From positions 1 to 44,080 of the forward strand of contig JALXER010000285.1 of NCBI GenBank assembly GCA_027069385.1: a DNA stretch of 44,080 nucleotides, written 5' to 3'. The notes under the pieces were generated by a model that saw only the letters and a list, made by a program, of their open reading frames with translations, was not told where the DNA came from and ran no database searches. A program made the translations under genes and the position numbers. The stretch comes from Paracoccaceae bacterium (GTDB lineage Bacteria > Pseudomonadota > Alphaproteobacteria > Rhodobacterales > Rhodobacteraceae). Shown piece by piece: positions 9,349 to 17,540 of the stretch. The first letter of the stretch is position 1. Every line of letters begins with the position of its first letter.

Positions 9349-9852
9349 ATGAGTGACACCACAGATGCAATTGATACCGCCGTCAATACCGGTAAAACCG
9401 CATGGGATATCGTTATGGATGGCAAAGCCGCGACCAGCGCCAAATCCGCGTTTTGTTCGGCTATTCCGACCGGCGTAAAGGATAACGAACTTTCGGGCTG
9501 GAAATCAACCGCCAACACATGGCCACTCAAGGTCAAGAATGCTTATGGCGTCGATGTGATCGACGCGGAATTCGCCTATCGGTTCAACCATTCGGGCGTA
9601 ACCGAAAAGTCGCCGGGGTCGGTTTATATGACCAATTTCACGGTCTATGCCAAAAAGGTAGAGGTGCTTTGGGGCTGGTCCCTCGATGTAAGTGCCACGG
9701 TCAAAGGCAAGCCGATCAATATCGGCTCGGCCAAGAAACAGATCTGGGCGGTACCGCTTCAGGTTAATATCAAATACGGCTCGCCGTTGAAGGTGACCAA
9801 TAGCGGATTTATCATGGTCGCGGTTGGCAACGGCGCGCTGAAAGTACAGTAA
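9349..9852 (+). CDS. Hypothetical beta-rich protein (167 aa), no signal peptide, no recognised family
   Basis: ATG preceded by AGGAGA, 34 nt after the previous stop. About 52% GC by hand count. Short N-terminal helix-like segment, then alternating-polarity strands (WSLDVSATVKGKPINIG, IWAVPLQVNIKY). Confidence 0.65.
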   Translation: MSDTTDAIDTAVNTGKTAWDIVMDGKAATSAKSAFCSAIPTGVKDNELSGWKSTANTWPLKVKNAYGVDVIDAEFAYRFNHSGVTEKSPGSVYMTNFTVYAKKVEVLWGWSLDVSATVKGKPINIGSAKKQIWAVPLQVNIKYGSPLKVTNSGFIMVAVGNGALKVQ

Positions 9853-9870
9853 ACCGGCGATCCGCACCAT

Positions 9871-9896
9871 GTACCCGCAGCTTTGGCTGCGGGTAC
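9871..9896. terminator. Bidirectional terminator-like hairpin between convergent genes (GTACCCGCAGC-TTTG-GCTGCGGGTAC)
   Basis: 11-bp perfect stem, 19 nt after the 9852 stop and overlapping the lrp stop codon. There is no clear U-tract on either strand. Confidence 0.5.
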
Positions 9897-10357
9897 TATA
9901 CCGGCAGCGCGGTGGTGGATTTGATTTCTTCCATCGACAACAGCGCCGTAACGTTGAATATTTTCACCTCGGCGATCAGGCTTTGATAGAACTTGTCATA
10001 GGCCACCGCGTCGGCCACCCGCACCTTTAGAATATAGTCGATCTCTCCGGCCAGCCGGTGGGCTTCTTGCACTTCGGGGCGGGCGTTCAGGGAGTTCAGA
10101 AAACGGGCCTGCCAGTCGGCATCGTGCTCGCTGGTCTTGACCAGCACAAAAAAGCAGGCGTCAAAGCCGGTTTTTTTCGGGTCCACAATCACCGTGGTTT
10201 TGCGGATCACCCCGTTTTCCCGCATTTTCTTGATCCGGGTCCAGACCGGCGTTTTGGAGGAGCCAGTCAGTCGCGCGATCTCTTCAAGCGAGATCAGCGC
10301 GTCGTGCTGAAGCAGGCGCAGGATTTTCCGGTCGAGGTCGTCAATTGATTGTTTCAC
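9896..10357 (-). CDS. Lrp/AsnC family transcriptional regulator
   Basis: 153 aa with GTG start. LDRKILRLLQHDALISLEEIARLTGSSKTPVWTRIKKMRENGVI is the AsnC-type HTH, followed by a RAM/ligand domain. Confidence 0.88.
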   Translation of the reverse strand: MKQSIDDLDRKILRLLQHDALISLEEIARLTGSSKTPVWTRIKKMRENGVIRKTTVIVDPKKTGFDACFFVLVKTSEHDADWQARFLNSLNARPEVQEAHRLAGEIDYILKVRVADAVAYDKFYQSLIAEVKIFNVTALLSMEEIKSTTALPV

Positions 10358-10372
10358 AGCACCCCCGTCGGG

Positions 10373-10651
10373 TCAAATAACCCGCCCCTGAATGAAAAAC
10401 ATGGCAATGACCAGCAGGATTGAAATGCCGAAAAGCATCGCGATCCAGCCCAGACGGCGATGGCGGCTTTTGTAGCCAAACACCACCGCGCCCAGTTCCA
10501 GCACCGCCGCACCGCCAAAAATCACCGGCATCATGTGCAGCACCGAAAGCGGCAACCGCCCGGCCATCATCATAAACAATGTCAGCGCGAAAAAGCCCAG
10601 AAAGGCCAGAGTCGCGCTGAAAAAGGCCATGGATGCGCCAGGTTTGGCCAC
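10373..10651 (-). CDS. Hypothetical small membrane protein (about 3 TM segments)
   Basis: 92-aa hydrophobic ORF abutting the bioY stop. Start is uncertain: GTG at 10651 or ATG at 10630. Confidence 0.5.
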   Translation of the reverse strand: MAKPGASMAFFSATLAFLGFFALTLFMMMAGRLPLSVLHMMPVIFGGAAVLELGAVVFGYKSRHRRLGWIAMLFGISILLVIAMFFIQGRVI

Positions 10652-10652
10652 C

Positions 10653-11246
10653 CTATGCGCCCTTGATGCGTTTCACCAGCGCCCAGGCAGCGGGCAGCAA
10701 CAGCGCGCTAAGCGCCAGCTTGATCCCGTCTCCCAGCAGGAACGGCGCCATGCCTTTGGCAAAGGCGGTTTGCAGATCAAAGCCGTACAGATAGGCCAGC
10801 CAGCCCATGCCCAGCCCATAGATCACCGCGTTGGCCGCCATCAGCACCGGCACCATTTTCAGCACTGAACGGTCCCAGCCGCGCGTGGCCGCATGGCCCA
10901 GCAACAGCGTTGCCAGCACAAACCCGACCAGATAGCCGCCCGTCGATCCGGCCATATAATGCCAGCCGCTCAGTTCGGCGCTAGAAGAGGCGAAAACATC
11001 GAAGCCCAGCGCGCCGATCAGCATATAGCCAAGGATGGTTGCCAGCCCCAGCCGCGGCCCATAAGCCGCCCCGAGGGTCAGCACCGCAAAAGTGCCCATG
11101 GTGACCGGCACCGGCGAATAGGGAATCATGACCTTGATTTTGGCGCTAAGGGCCAGCACCAGAATACCGGCAACAACCAGCACGGCTTGTCGCAATGCGG
11201 TGTTGGTGCTCCATAAAAATTGCGAGAGGGGGATGCTCTTGTTCAT
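10653..11246 (-). CDS. bioY: Biotin transporter BioY (ECF S-component type)
   Basis: Polytopic membrane protein with BioY-like segments (..PVTMGTFAVLTLGAAYGPRLG.., ..FLLGDGIKLAL..). ATG 11246 is chosen because AAGGAA lies 7 nt upstream. The ORF extends to TTG 11264. Confidence 0.8.
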   Translation of the reverse strand: MNKSIPLSQFLWSTNTALRQAVLVVAGILVLALSAKIKVMIPYSPVPVTMGTFAVLTLGAAYGPRLGLATILGYMLIGALGFDVFASSSAELSGWHYMAGSTGGYLVGFVLATLLLGHAATRGWDRSVLKMVPVLMAANAVIYGLGMGWLAYLYGFDLQTAFAKGMAPFLLGDGIKLALSALLLPAAWALVKRIKGA

Positions 11247-11375
11247 CTGCATTTCCTTGTTCAAATGGTTTGAATGGCCCGGTTATCGCCTTTGTGACGG
11301 CAAACGCGGGCAAGATCAAGGCCGCGGCATAAAATCCTCTGTAATTCGTCCGGAAAAGCGCCTAAAAGCGCCGCC

Positions 11376-12032
11376 ATGGAACAGCAAAACAAAATCGCGC
11401 TGGTGACCGGCGCATCGCGCGGCCTTGGCTATGCCACGGCAGTTGCTCTGGCAAAGCAGGGCTATCACATCGTGGCACTGGCCCGCACCGTGGGCGGGCT
11501 GGAAGAACTGGCCGATCAGGTAGAGCCGATCTCGGGGATCACGCTGGTGCCGCTCGACATTACCGACGAAGGCGGGCTGCAACGGCTGTGCCTGTCGATC
11601 TATGAACGCTGGGGGCATCTGGATGTGCTGGTCCACTGCGCGGTCAAAGCACCGCTTCTGACGCCGGTCAACCAGATAACCGACAAGGATTATGACGGTG
11701 TTTTGGCGGTTAATGCCCGCGCCACGGCCCGGATTATCGCGCTATGCGAACCGCTGCTGAAGGTAGCGCCGGACGGGGTGGCGATATTTATGGATGACCC
11801 GCATCAGGGTGAACGGTTCTTCGGGGCTTATGGCGCGTCCAAAGCTGCGGCCAAATCGCTGGTGCAAAGCTGGCAGGCCGAAACCGAACGCCTGAAACCA
11901 AGGGTAATCCTGCATACGCCCAACCCGATGCCCACCGCCACCCGCGCCCGCTTCCACCCCGGCGAAGATAAATCCGGTCTGGCAACAGCAGCGGATGAGG
12001 CAGACCGCCTGATCGCCCAACACCTGTCCTGA
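11376..12032 (+). CDS. Short-chain dehydrogenase/reductase (SDR) family oxidoreductase
   Basis: 218 aa with TGASRGLG cofactor motif and YGASKAA catalytic motif. Confidence 0.85.
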   Translation: MEQQNKIALVTGASRGLGYATAVALAKQGYHIVALARTVGGLEELADQVEPISGITLVPLDITDEGGLQRLCLSIYERWGHLDVLVHCAVKAPLLTPVNQITDKDYDGVLAVNARATARIIALCEPLLKVAPDGVAIFMDDPHQGERFFGAYGASKAAAKSLVQSWQAETERLKPRVILHTPNPMPTATRARFHPGEDKSGLATAADEADRLIAQHLS

Positions 12033-12043
12033 TCACGAATCAT

Positions 12044-12314
12044 AGCGCTCCCGCCCGTCGTCGGCGCATTGCATTCGCAATGCGCCTCCTCCCGTTGGGC
12101 CGGGCCGACCTTCGGTCGGCCCCGGGGGCCAGCCCCCGTACCCCCGTCACATGCGTGAGGCGACAAAGGTTTCCATTTTTCATAAGTACTCTCAGGGGGG
12201 AGCGACGAATGTCGCGAGGGGGCGGAACGCCCCCCTGCCGCCCGAAGGGCGGCCCGGCCCAAAGGGAAGCCCGTGATTGCGGAACGCAATCGCGGGCTGG
12301 ACTGCGGGAGCGCT
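12044..12314 (+). repeat. Hairpin-rich mosaic intergenic element (MITE-like), copy A, with terminal inverted repeats AGCGCTCCCGC...GCGGGAGCGCT
   Basis: 271 bp. Its arms are mutually complementary over tens of bp and it holds several internal hairpins. It shares long blocks with the inverted copy at 20969-21309. No target-site duplication seen. Confidence 0.6.
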
Positions 12315-12715
12315 CCGAGTCGGGGTAAGGGTGAAACCCCGCCCGTAAAACCAAGCCGATAGATATGCGGGGTCCCCATGTCCTGCCAACCTTCGAAGCC
12401 AAAGCATGAATAGATCTGCCTCGAAACCGGCGCGATAAGGTTGACGTGCGACGCCACCAGGGGGTGCCGCGCGCCCGTCGCCGTGAACCCTTTTCGGGGC
12501 TGCAAAGGCTCGGGTCGCGGTCTGGTTCAGCGATTCTCCGCCCGCCAACCTATAATCACGGTCCGCAAATGAGCGGCGCACAAGGTCTTCCCAGTCGGGC
12601 AACGCCTCACCGACGGGCTTAGGGGGGCGGCGCGATCAGGTGCCCGCCCCGTATCCGTCAGCGCCCCATCGGGCTGTTGGCCGATGGCTTGGCAATGGCG
12701 GACAAGAAAACCAAC
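12315..12715 (-). pseudogene. Decayed histidine phosphatase (phosphoglycerate-mutase superfamily) gene remnant
   Basis: Three frames carry consecutive family-like pieces: VGFLVRHCQAIGQQPDGALTDTGRA, then VGEALPDWEDLVRRSFADRDYRLAGGESLNQTATRAF, then GARHPLVASHVNLIA...GTPHIYRLGF. There is no start codon after the der stop, the expected central region is missing, and the 3' end reads into repeat copy A. Confidence 0.55.
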
Positions 12716-12721
12716 GCAAGT

Positions 12722-14137
12722 CTAATGGATTTTGCGTTTCTTCGCCTTGGCGGCAAACGGGTTATCGCCCGCGCGCAGGAACAGGCGAATCGGGGTGCCG
12801 GGCATGTCGAAGGCTTCGCGCAGGCCGTTGACCAGAAACCGCGTATAGCTGGCGGGCACGGCATCGGGCACCGAGGTAAACACCACAAAAGTAGGCGGCC
12901 GGGTTTTGACCTGGGTCATATAGCGCATTTTGATCCGTCGTCCGGCCGGAGCGGGCGGCGGGTGTGCCTCGATCTGGGCAGCCAGCCAGCGGTTCAGGCG
13001 CGCGGTCGAAATACGGGTATTCCAGACTTCGTGCGCCTTGGTAATTGCGGCATACAACCGGTCCAGCCCCTTACCGGTCAGCGCCGAAACCATCACCATT
13101 GGCGCGCCGCGCAGTTGCGGCAGCAGGCGGCCGAATTTTTCGCGCAGGTCTTTTAGTTTTTGCGCCTTTTCCCCCTCCAGATCCCACTTGTTGACCGCGA
13201 CGACAACCGCCCTGCCCTCGCGCTCGGCCAGATCGGCGATGCGCAGGTCCTGCTGTTCGAACGGCACCTGCACGTCGAGCAGCACCACCACCACTTCGGC
13301 AAATTTCACCGCCCGCAGCCCGTCCGAGACCGACAGCTTTTCCAGTTTTTCCTGCACCTTGGCCTTTTTGCGCATGCCCGCCGTGTCAAAAATCCTGAAC
13401 TCGCGGCCTTCCCAGTTGGTACGCACCGAAATCGCATCGCGGGTAATCCCTGCCTCGGGGCCGGTCAGCAGGCGTTCTTCGCCCAGTATCTGGTTGATCA
13501 GCGTTGATTTACCGGCATTGGGCCGGCCTACTACGGCGATTTGCAACGGGCGGGTATCGGGGATGGCTTCGGCCTCACCCTCCTCGTCCACCGCGTCGGA
13601 TATATCTATGTTGATTTCCGGCTCGAATTCCCGATCCTCGAATTCGTCGGATATGGGCATCAGCAGTTGATACAGGTCTTCCAGACCCTCGCCATGCTCC
13701 GAAGACAGCTGGATCGGGTCGCCCAGCCCCAGCGAGAACGCGTCGTAATAGCCCGCCTCTCCGGCCTTGCCCTCGGCCTTGTTGGCCGCCAGAATCACCC
13801 GCCCCCCGCGACGGCGCAGGATCTCGGCAAAGACCTGATCATCGGCGGTTACCCCGACGCGGGCGTCGATCATGAACAGGCACACATCGGCCATATCGAC
13901 GGCGCGTTCGGTCAGGGCACGCATGCGGCCTTGCAGGCTTTCGTCGGTGGCTTGCTCCAGTCCGGCGGTATCGATTACGGTAAACCGCAGGTCGCCAAGG
14001 CGGGCCTCGCCCTCGCGCAGGTCCCGCGTCACGCCGGGCTGGTCATCGACCAGCGCCAGCCGCTTGCCAACCAGCCGGTTGAACAGGGTGGATTTTCCGA
14101 CATTGGGGCGGCCGACAATGGCCAGACTAAACGACAT
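12722..14137 (-). CDS. der: Ribosome-biogenesis GTPase Der (EngA), double GTPase domain
   Basis: Two G domains ([12 protein letters not shown] and [12 protein letters not shown], each with DTAG) plus a KH-like C-terminus. ATG 14137 gives the canonical [17 protein letters not shown]-terminus. The ORF extends to 14185. Confidence 0.93.
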   Translation of the reverse strand: MSFSLAIVGRPNVGKSTLFNRLVGKRLALVDDQPGVTRDLREGEARLGDLRFTVIDTAGLEQATDESLQGRMRALTERAVDMADVCLFMIDARVGVTADDQVFAEILRRRGGRVILAANKAEGKAGEAGYYDAFSLGLGDPIQLSSEHGEGLEDLYQLLMPISDEFEDREFEPEINIDISDAVDEEGEAEAIPDTRPLQIAVVGRPNAGKSTLINQILGEERLLTGPEAGITRDAISVRTNWEGREFRIFDTAGMRKKAKVQEKLEKLSVSDGLRAVKFAEVVVVLLDVQVPFEQQDLRIADLAEREGRAVVVAVNKWDLEGEKAQKLKDLREKFGRLLPQLRGAPMVMVSALTGKGLDRLYAAITKAHEVWNTRISTARLNRWLAAQIEAHPPPAPAGRRIKMRYMTQVKTRPPTFVVFTSVPDAVPASYTRFLVNGLREAFDMPGTPIRLFLRAGDNPFAAKAKKRKIH

Positions 14138-14206
14138 GGGGTTGCCAATCATAGCAGCTTGGCGGGCAGCAGCGCCCGCAAACATGGCTCTTACCCCGAT
14201 TGATGC

Positions 14207-15514
14207 TTATTGAAAAGCCAGAAGTTTGCCGTTGCGGCTTTGGACATACAAAACACCGCCCGCCACCACGGGGGCCGAGGCCGCGCCGCCGGGGATGGCC
14301 TGCGCGCCGGTCAGGCCACCGCTGGCCGGATCAAAGAACCGCATTTGCCCGTCAGTGCCTGCCACGATCACCTGACCGCCCGCCACAATCGGCCCGTAAT
14401 GGAAGATATATCCCTTGCGCTTTTCGGGTTTCTTGTACTCGGGCAGTTGCGTGGCCCAGATGACCGCACCATTGCTGGCATTGATCCGCAAAAGCTGGTT
14501 GTCATTGCTGACCACAAAGGCCGAGCCGCCAATAACCGCCGCCGGGCCAAGCGCCCCGCGCGGCACAGACCAGCTCTGGATTCCGGTGTTCAGGTTCAGG
14601 CCTACGGTCTGGCCGCCCTGATTGGCAACGATCACCCGACCGCCGGCAATCACCGGATCACCCGAGATTTCGCCAATGGTGCCGCGCACCGTGGACAGGG
14701 CGCTTTGGTTAACGTCAACCATCCAGCGCACCGCCCCGCTGACCGACACGCCGTAAACCCGCCCCGAACTGAACGGAACCACGACATTTTGCCCGCGTAC
14801 CGCAATGCTGGCACCGCCAAGAACGCGCGCGCCGCTGGCCTCGGGGCCGGCAATATTCCAGACCAGACTGCCGCGCCGGTCAACCGCATAGGCGATATCG
14901 TCGCGCGTGACCAGAAAGATCCGTCCGCCCGCCACTGTCGGGGCCGAGCGCACCGGCGCGTCAAACCCGTAGCGCCAGCCAATCGCTCCGCTGGCCGCAT
15001 CGATCGAAAGCAATTCGCCAAAACCGGTGCCCGCATACAGCGTCGCCCCGTCCAGCGCCAAACCGCCGCCAAAGCCCTGCGCCCCGTCGCCGTCACTGAT
15101 CGGGGTTACATCGATCTGCCACAGCACCGCATGGTCCTGCGCCGAAACCGCAGTGATATGGCCGCCCGCATCCATGGCGTAGACCACGCCGCCCGCAACC
15201 ACCGGTTCCGAGGTAATGCGCGAGCGGTCACTGTCGCCGCGCCCGATATCCACGCTCCAGCGCAGGGTCGGGTTGGCGGCCAGCGCCACATGCGGGGCCA
15301 CATGATCGGCGCCAAAATTCTTTTGCGCCCAGTTTGCATTGGATTGCGGCGTGCCCAGCGCGATGCCGACCGGATTGGCAACCATGTTCAGCTGTTCCTG
15401 CGGCCGGATAGAGTGCCGCTCGCCGGGCAGGATCAGATCCTTTTCCTTGCAACCGGCCAAAACCAGCGCCGCCACCATAAACAGACCGCCCATGCGGATG
15501 CCGCGCTTTACCAT
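14207..15514 (-). CDS. bamB: PQQ-like beta-propeller lipoprotein, BamB (YfgL) homologue
   Basis: Lipobox LVLAGC after a basic n-region. Repeated beta-propeller blades (..VAGGVVY.., ..VAGGRIF.., ..IAGGRVIV..). The yfgM-bamB-der order matches E. coli. Start is 15514 or 15529. Confidence 0.8.
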   Translation of the reverse strand: MVKRGIRMGGLFMVAALVLAGCKEKDLILPGERHSIRPQEQLNMVANPVGIALGTPQSNANWAQKNFGADHVAPHVALAANPTLRWSVDIGRGDSDRSRITSEPVVAGGVVYAMDAGGHITAVSAQDHAVLWQIDVTPISDGDGAQGFGGGLALDGATLYAGTGFGELLSIDAASGAIGWRYGFDAPVRSAPTVAGGRIFLVTRDDIAYAVDRRGSLVWNIAGPEASGARVLGGASIAVRGQNVVVPFSSGRVYGVSVSGAVRWMVDVNQSALSTVRGTIGEISGDPVIAGGRVIVANQGGQTVGLNLNTGIQSWSVPRGALGPAAVIGGSAFVVSNDNQLLRINASNGAVIWATQLPEYKKPEKRKGYIFHYGPIVAGGQVIVAGTDGQMRFFDPASGGLTGAQAIPGGAASAPVVAGGVLYVQSRNGKLLAFQ

Positions 15515-15547
15515 ATCTGATCCACTCATCACCAACACCCTGTTTTG

Positions 15548-16198
15548 CTAGCCGCTTGTTTCCTGATCATTGCCGCCAAGGGCGATTGTCAACTGTCGCG
15601 CGCGATTGCGCAAGCCCTGAGTTGCGGTTTCATCGGCGGTGATCCGCGCAAAATCGGCCAGCGCGTCCTCGGTCTCGCCATCGCGCAGGTGCTGGATGGC
15701 CCGTTGCTCGATCGCCAGCAGCCGATATGGCGCGTCCTGTCCGGTGATAATATCGAAGATCGCGCTGCGGCGCGCGGGGTCAAGCGCGGCCCCGTCCAGC
15801 AGGATAATTTTCAACAGGGCCAGATGCGTATAAACCGGTGCAACACCGCTGCGATCCGCAATGGCCTGAAGCGCCGCAACCGCCGCTTCGGTATCACCGG
15901 CATCCGACAGCACGGTGGCTTCGGCAAATCCGGCAATCACCGCTGCGGGCGCGTCGCTGTTGGCCAGTTGCGCCAAAGCCTCGGCATCCTTGGCAGCCAG
16001 CGCCGCGCTGATCGTATCGCCCGCCGCCATGGCAGCCTTGGTTTTTTGCGCTTTGCTATATTCATTATAGGCGGTGCCGCCCACCAGCGCCAACACCACC
16101 AATGCCCCGACCCATGCGTATTTCTTGAACAGCTTGAACAGCCGGTCACGCCGGACTTCCTCGGTGACCTCTTCAATAAAGGAATCAGTTTCGCTCAA
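15548..16198 (-). CDS. YfgM-like membrane-anchored TPR-like protein
   Basis: 216 aa. TTG start with AGGAGA 7 nt upstream. N-terminal FIEEVTEEVRRDRLFKLFKKYAWVGALVVLALVGG (basic region plus one TM segment), then an Ala-rich helical domain. Sits directly upstream of bamB-der. Confidence 0.7.
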   Translation of the reverse strand: MSETDSFIEEVTEEVRRDRLFKLFKKYAWVGALVVLALVGGTAYNEYSKAQKTKAAMAAGDTISAALAAKDAEALAQLANSDAPAAVIAGFAEATVLSDAGDTEAAVAALQAIADRSGVAPVYTHLALLKIILLDGAALDPARRSAIFDIITGQDAPYRLLAIEQRAIQHLRDGETEDALADFARITADETATQGLRNRARQLTIALGGNDQETSG

Positions 16199-16409
16199 CT
16201 TTTCTTCTCCTGCATCTCTTGCGCGCGGACACTAGCGCGTTGACCATCCAGATGCAAAGACAAAGCAGGTTTCAAACTGTTTCACCCGCTCACGCCGTTT
16301 TTTCGCGGCTTTTTTCGCGCGCATCTTGTTCCCGGGCGCAAAAGCCATTATCTAGCTACGCAGACAAAAAGGGACCGGTCGGTCCAATACGGGGGACAAG
16401 GTTTCTTTT

Positions 16410-17540
16410 ATGAAGAAAATTCAGTTAATCACGGCTATCCTTGTCTCGCTGTTTATCTACGGCGTGGTGATCGAGCGCGATACCCTAGTCGGTTTTGCCC
16501 GAAATCTGGCCACCCCCGGCGACCCTGCGCCGGTTGGCAAGTATGACAACACCACCGAAGAACCGCTAAACACCCGCGTTGACGCGCCGCGCGTTGATCC
16601 GGCGGTATCGGTGGTTGCGGTGCATTCGGTTGCGGCCGAGGTCCAATCGGGGCTGGTGCTGCGCGGCCAGACCGAGGCGGCGCGACGGGTAGAGGTGCGC
16701 TCCGAAGGGGCGGGGCGCGTGGTGTCCGAGCCGCTGCGCAAGGGCGCGTCGGTCTATGCCGGGCAGGTGCTTTGCCACCTCGATACCGGCACGCTGGACG
16801 CCCAACTGGCCGAGGCCCGCGCCCGCCAGTCCGAGGCCGAAGCCAGCGCCAATACCGCAACGCAACTGGCCGAACGCGGCTTTGGCCCCGAAAACAGCGC
16901 CATCGCCGCGCTGGCAGGGCTGGAATCGGCCAAGGCCAATGTGCAGCGGGTTGAACGGATGATCGAACAACTGGACATCAGGGCGCCCTTTGACGGCTTG
17001 CTTGAATCCGACACCGCCGAACTGGGCAGCCTGTTGCAACCCGGCGCGCCCTGCGCCACGGTGATAGCGCTGGACGAAATCAAGCTGGTCGGGTTTGTCC
17101 CCGAACTGGATGTGCCCAATCTGGAGGTCGGCCAACAGGCCGGTGCCGAATTCCTGTCGGGGCAACAGGTCTTGGGGCGGGTGACGTTCATTTCACGCTC
17201 GGCCGATCCGCTGACCCGCACCTTCCGGCTCGAAGTCCGCATTCCTAATCCGGGCCTGACGATCCGCGAGGGCCAGACCGTGCAAATCGCCATTGCCTAT
17301 GCAGGCGAGCGCGCCCATCTGCTGCCCGAAAACGTGTTGACGCTGGATGACGAGGGCACGCTGGGCGTGCGCATCGCCCAAGACGACGTGGCCAAGTTCG
17401 TTCCGGTGCAGATCATCCGTGATGCCGAGAACGGCTTTTGGCTGTCGGGCCTGCCTGAACAGGTTGACGTGATAATCGTGGGTCAGGAATATGTGACCGA
17501 CGGGCGCGCCATAACCGTTACCCTACAGGATGCGCCCTGA
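16410..17540 (+). CDS. Efflux RND transporter periplasmic adaptor (membrane fusion protein)
   Basis: 376 aa with an N-terminal TM anchor, a coiled-coil hairpin region (LDAQLAEARARQSEAEA...) and barrel-sandwich motifs (IRAPFDGLL). Its stop overlaps the RND start. Confidence 0.88.
   Translation: MKKIQLITAILVSLFIYGVVIERDTLVGFARNLATPGDPAPVGKYDNTTEEPLNTRVDAPRVDPAVSVVAVHSVAAEVQSGLVLRGQTEAARRVEVRSEGAGRVVSEPLRKGASVYAGQVLCHLDTGTLDAQLAEARARQSEAEASANTATQLAERGFGPENSAIAALAGLESAKANVQRVERMIEQLDIRAPFDGLLESDTAELGSLLQPGAPCATVIALDEIKLVGFVPELDVPNLEVGQQAGAEFLSGQQVLGRVTFISRSADPLTRTFRLEVRIPNPGLTIREGQTVQIAIAYAGERAHLLPENVLTLDDEGTLGVRIAQDDVAKFVPVQIIRDAENGFWLSGLPEQVDVIIVGQEYVTDGRAITVTLQDAP

Noticed and set aside
9349-9852. 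Idea that the 167-aa beta-rich protein is an avidin-like biotin binder, because bioY lies nearby
   Set aside because: I could not find the avidin-family motif pattern (W-x-N-x-x-GS, spaced Trp residues). It is separated from bioY by lrp and a terminator, lies on the other strand, and has a different GC content.
11828-12505. 225-aa minus-strand ORF, with 12040-12402, 12080-12328, 20866-21540 and 20997-21281
   Set aside because: These run through the mosaic repeat copies and owe their length to the GC-rich palindromic repeat sequence. Only the 12330-12505 part looks like genuine (decayed) coding sequence.
14210-15520. 436-aa plus-strand ORF
   Set aside because: Antisense shadow of the bamB-like gene, with no recognisable motifs. 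The same reasoning applies to 2009-3169, 5686-6915, 6897-8033, 21152-22195, 24894-26375, 32395-33411, 34583-35644, 37449-38492, 38940-39734, 40844-41818 and 41935-42954.
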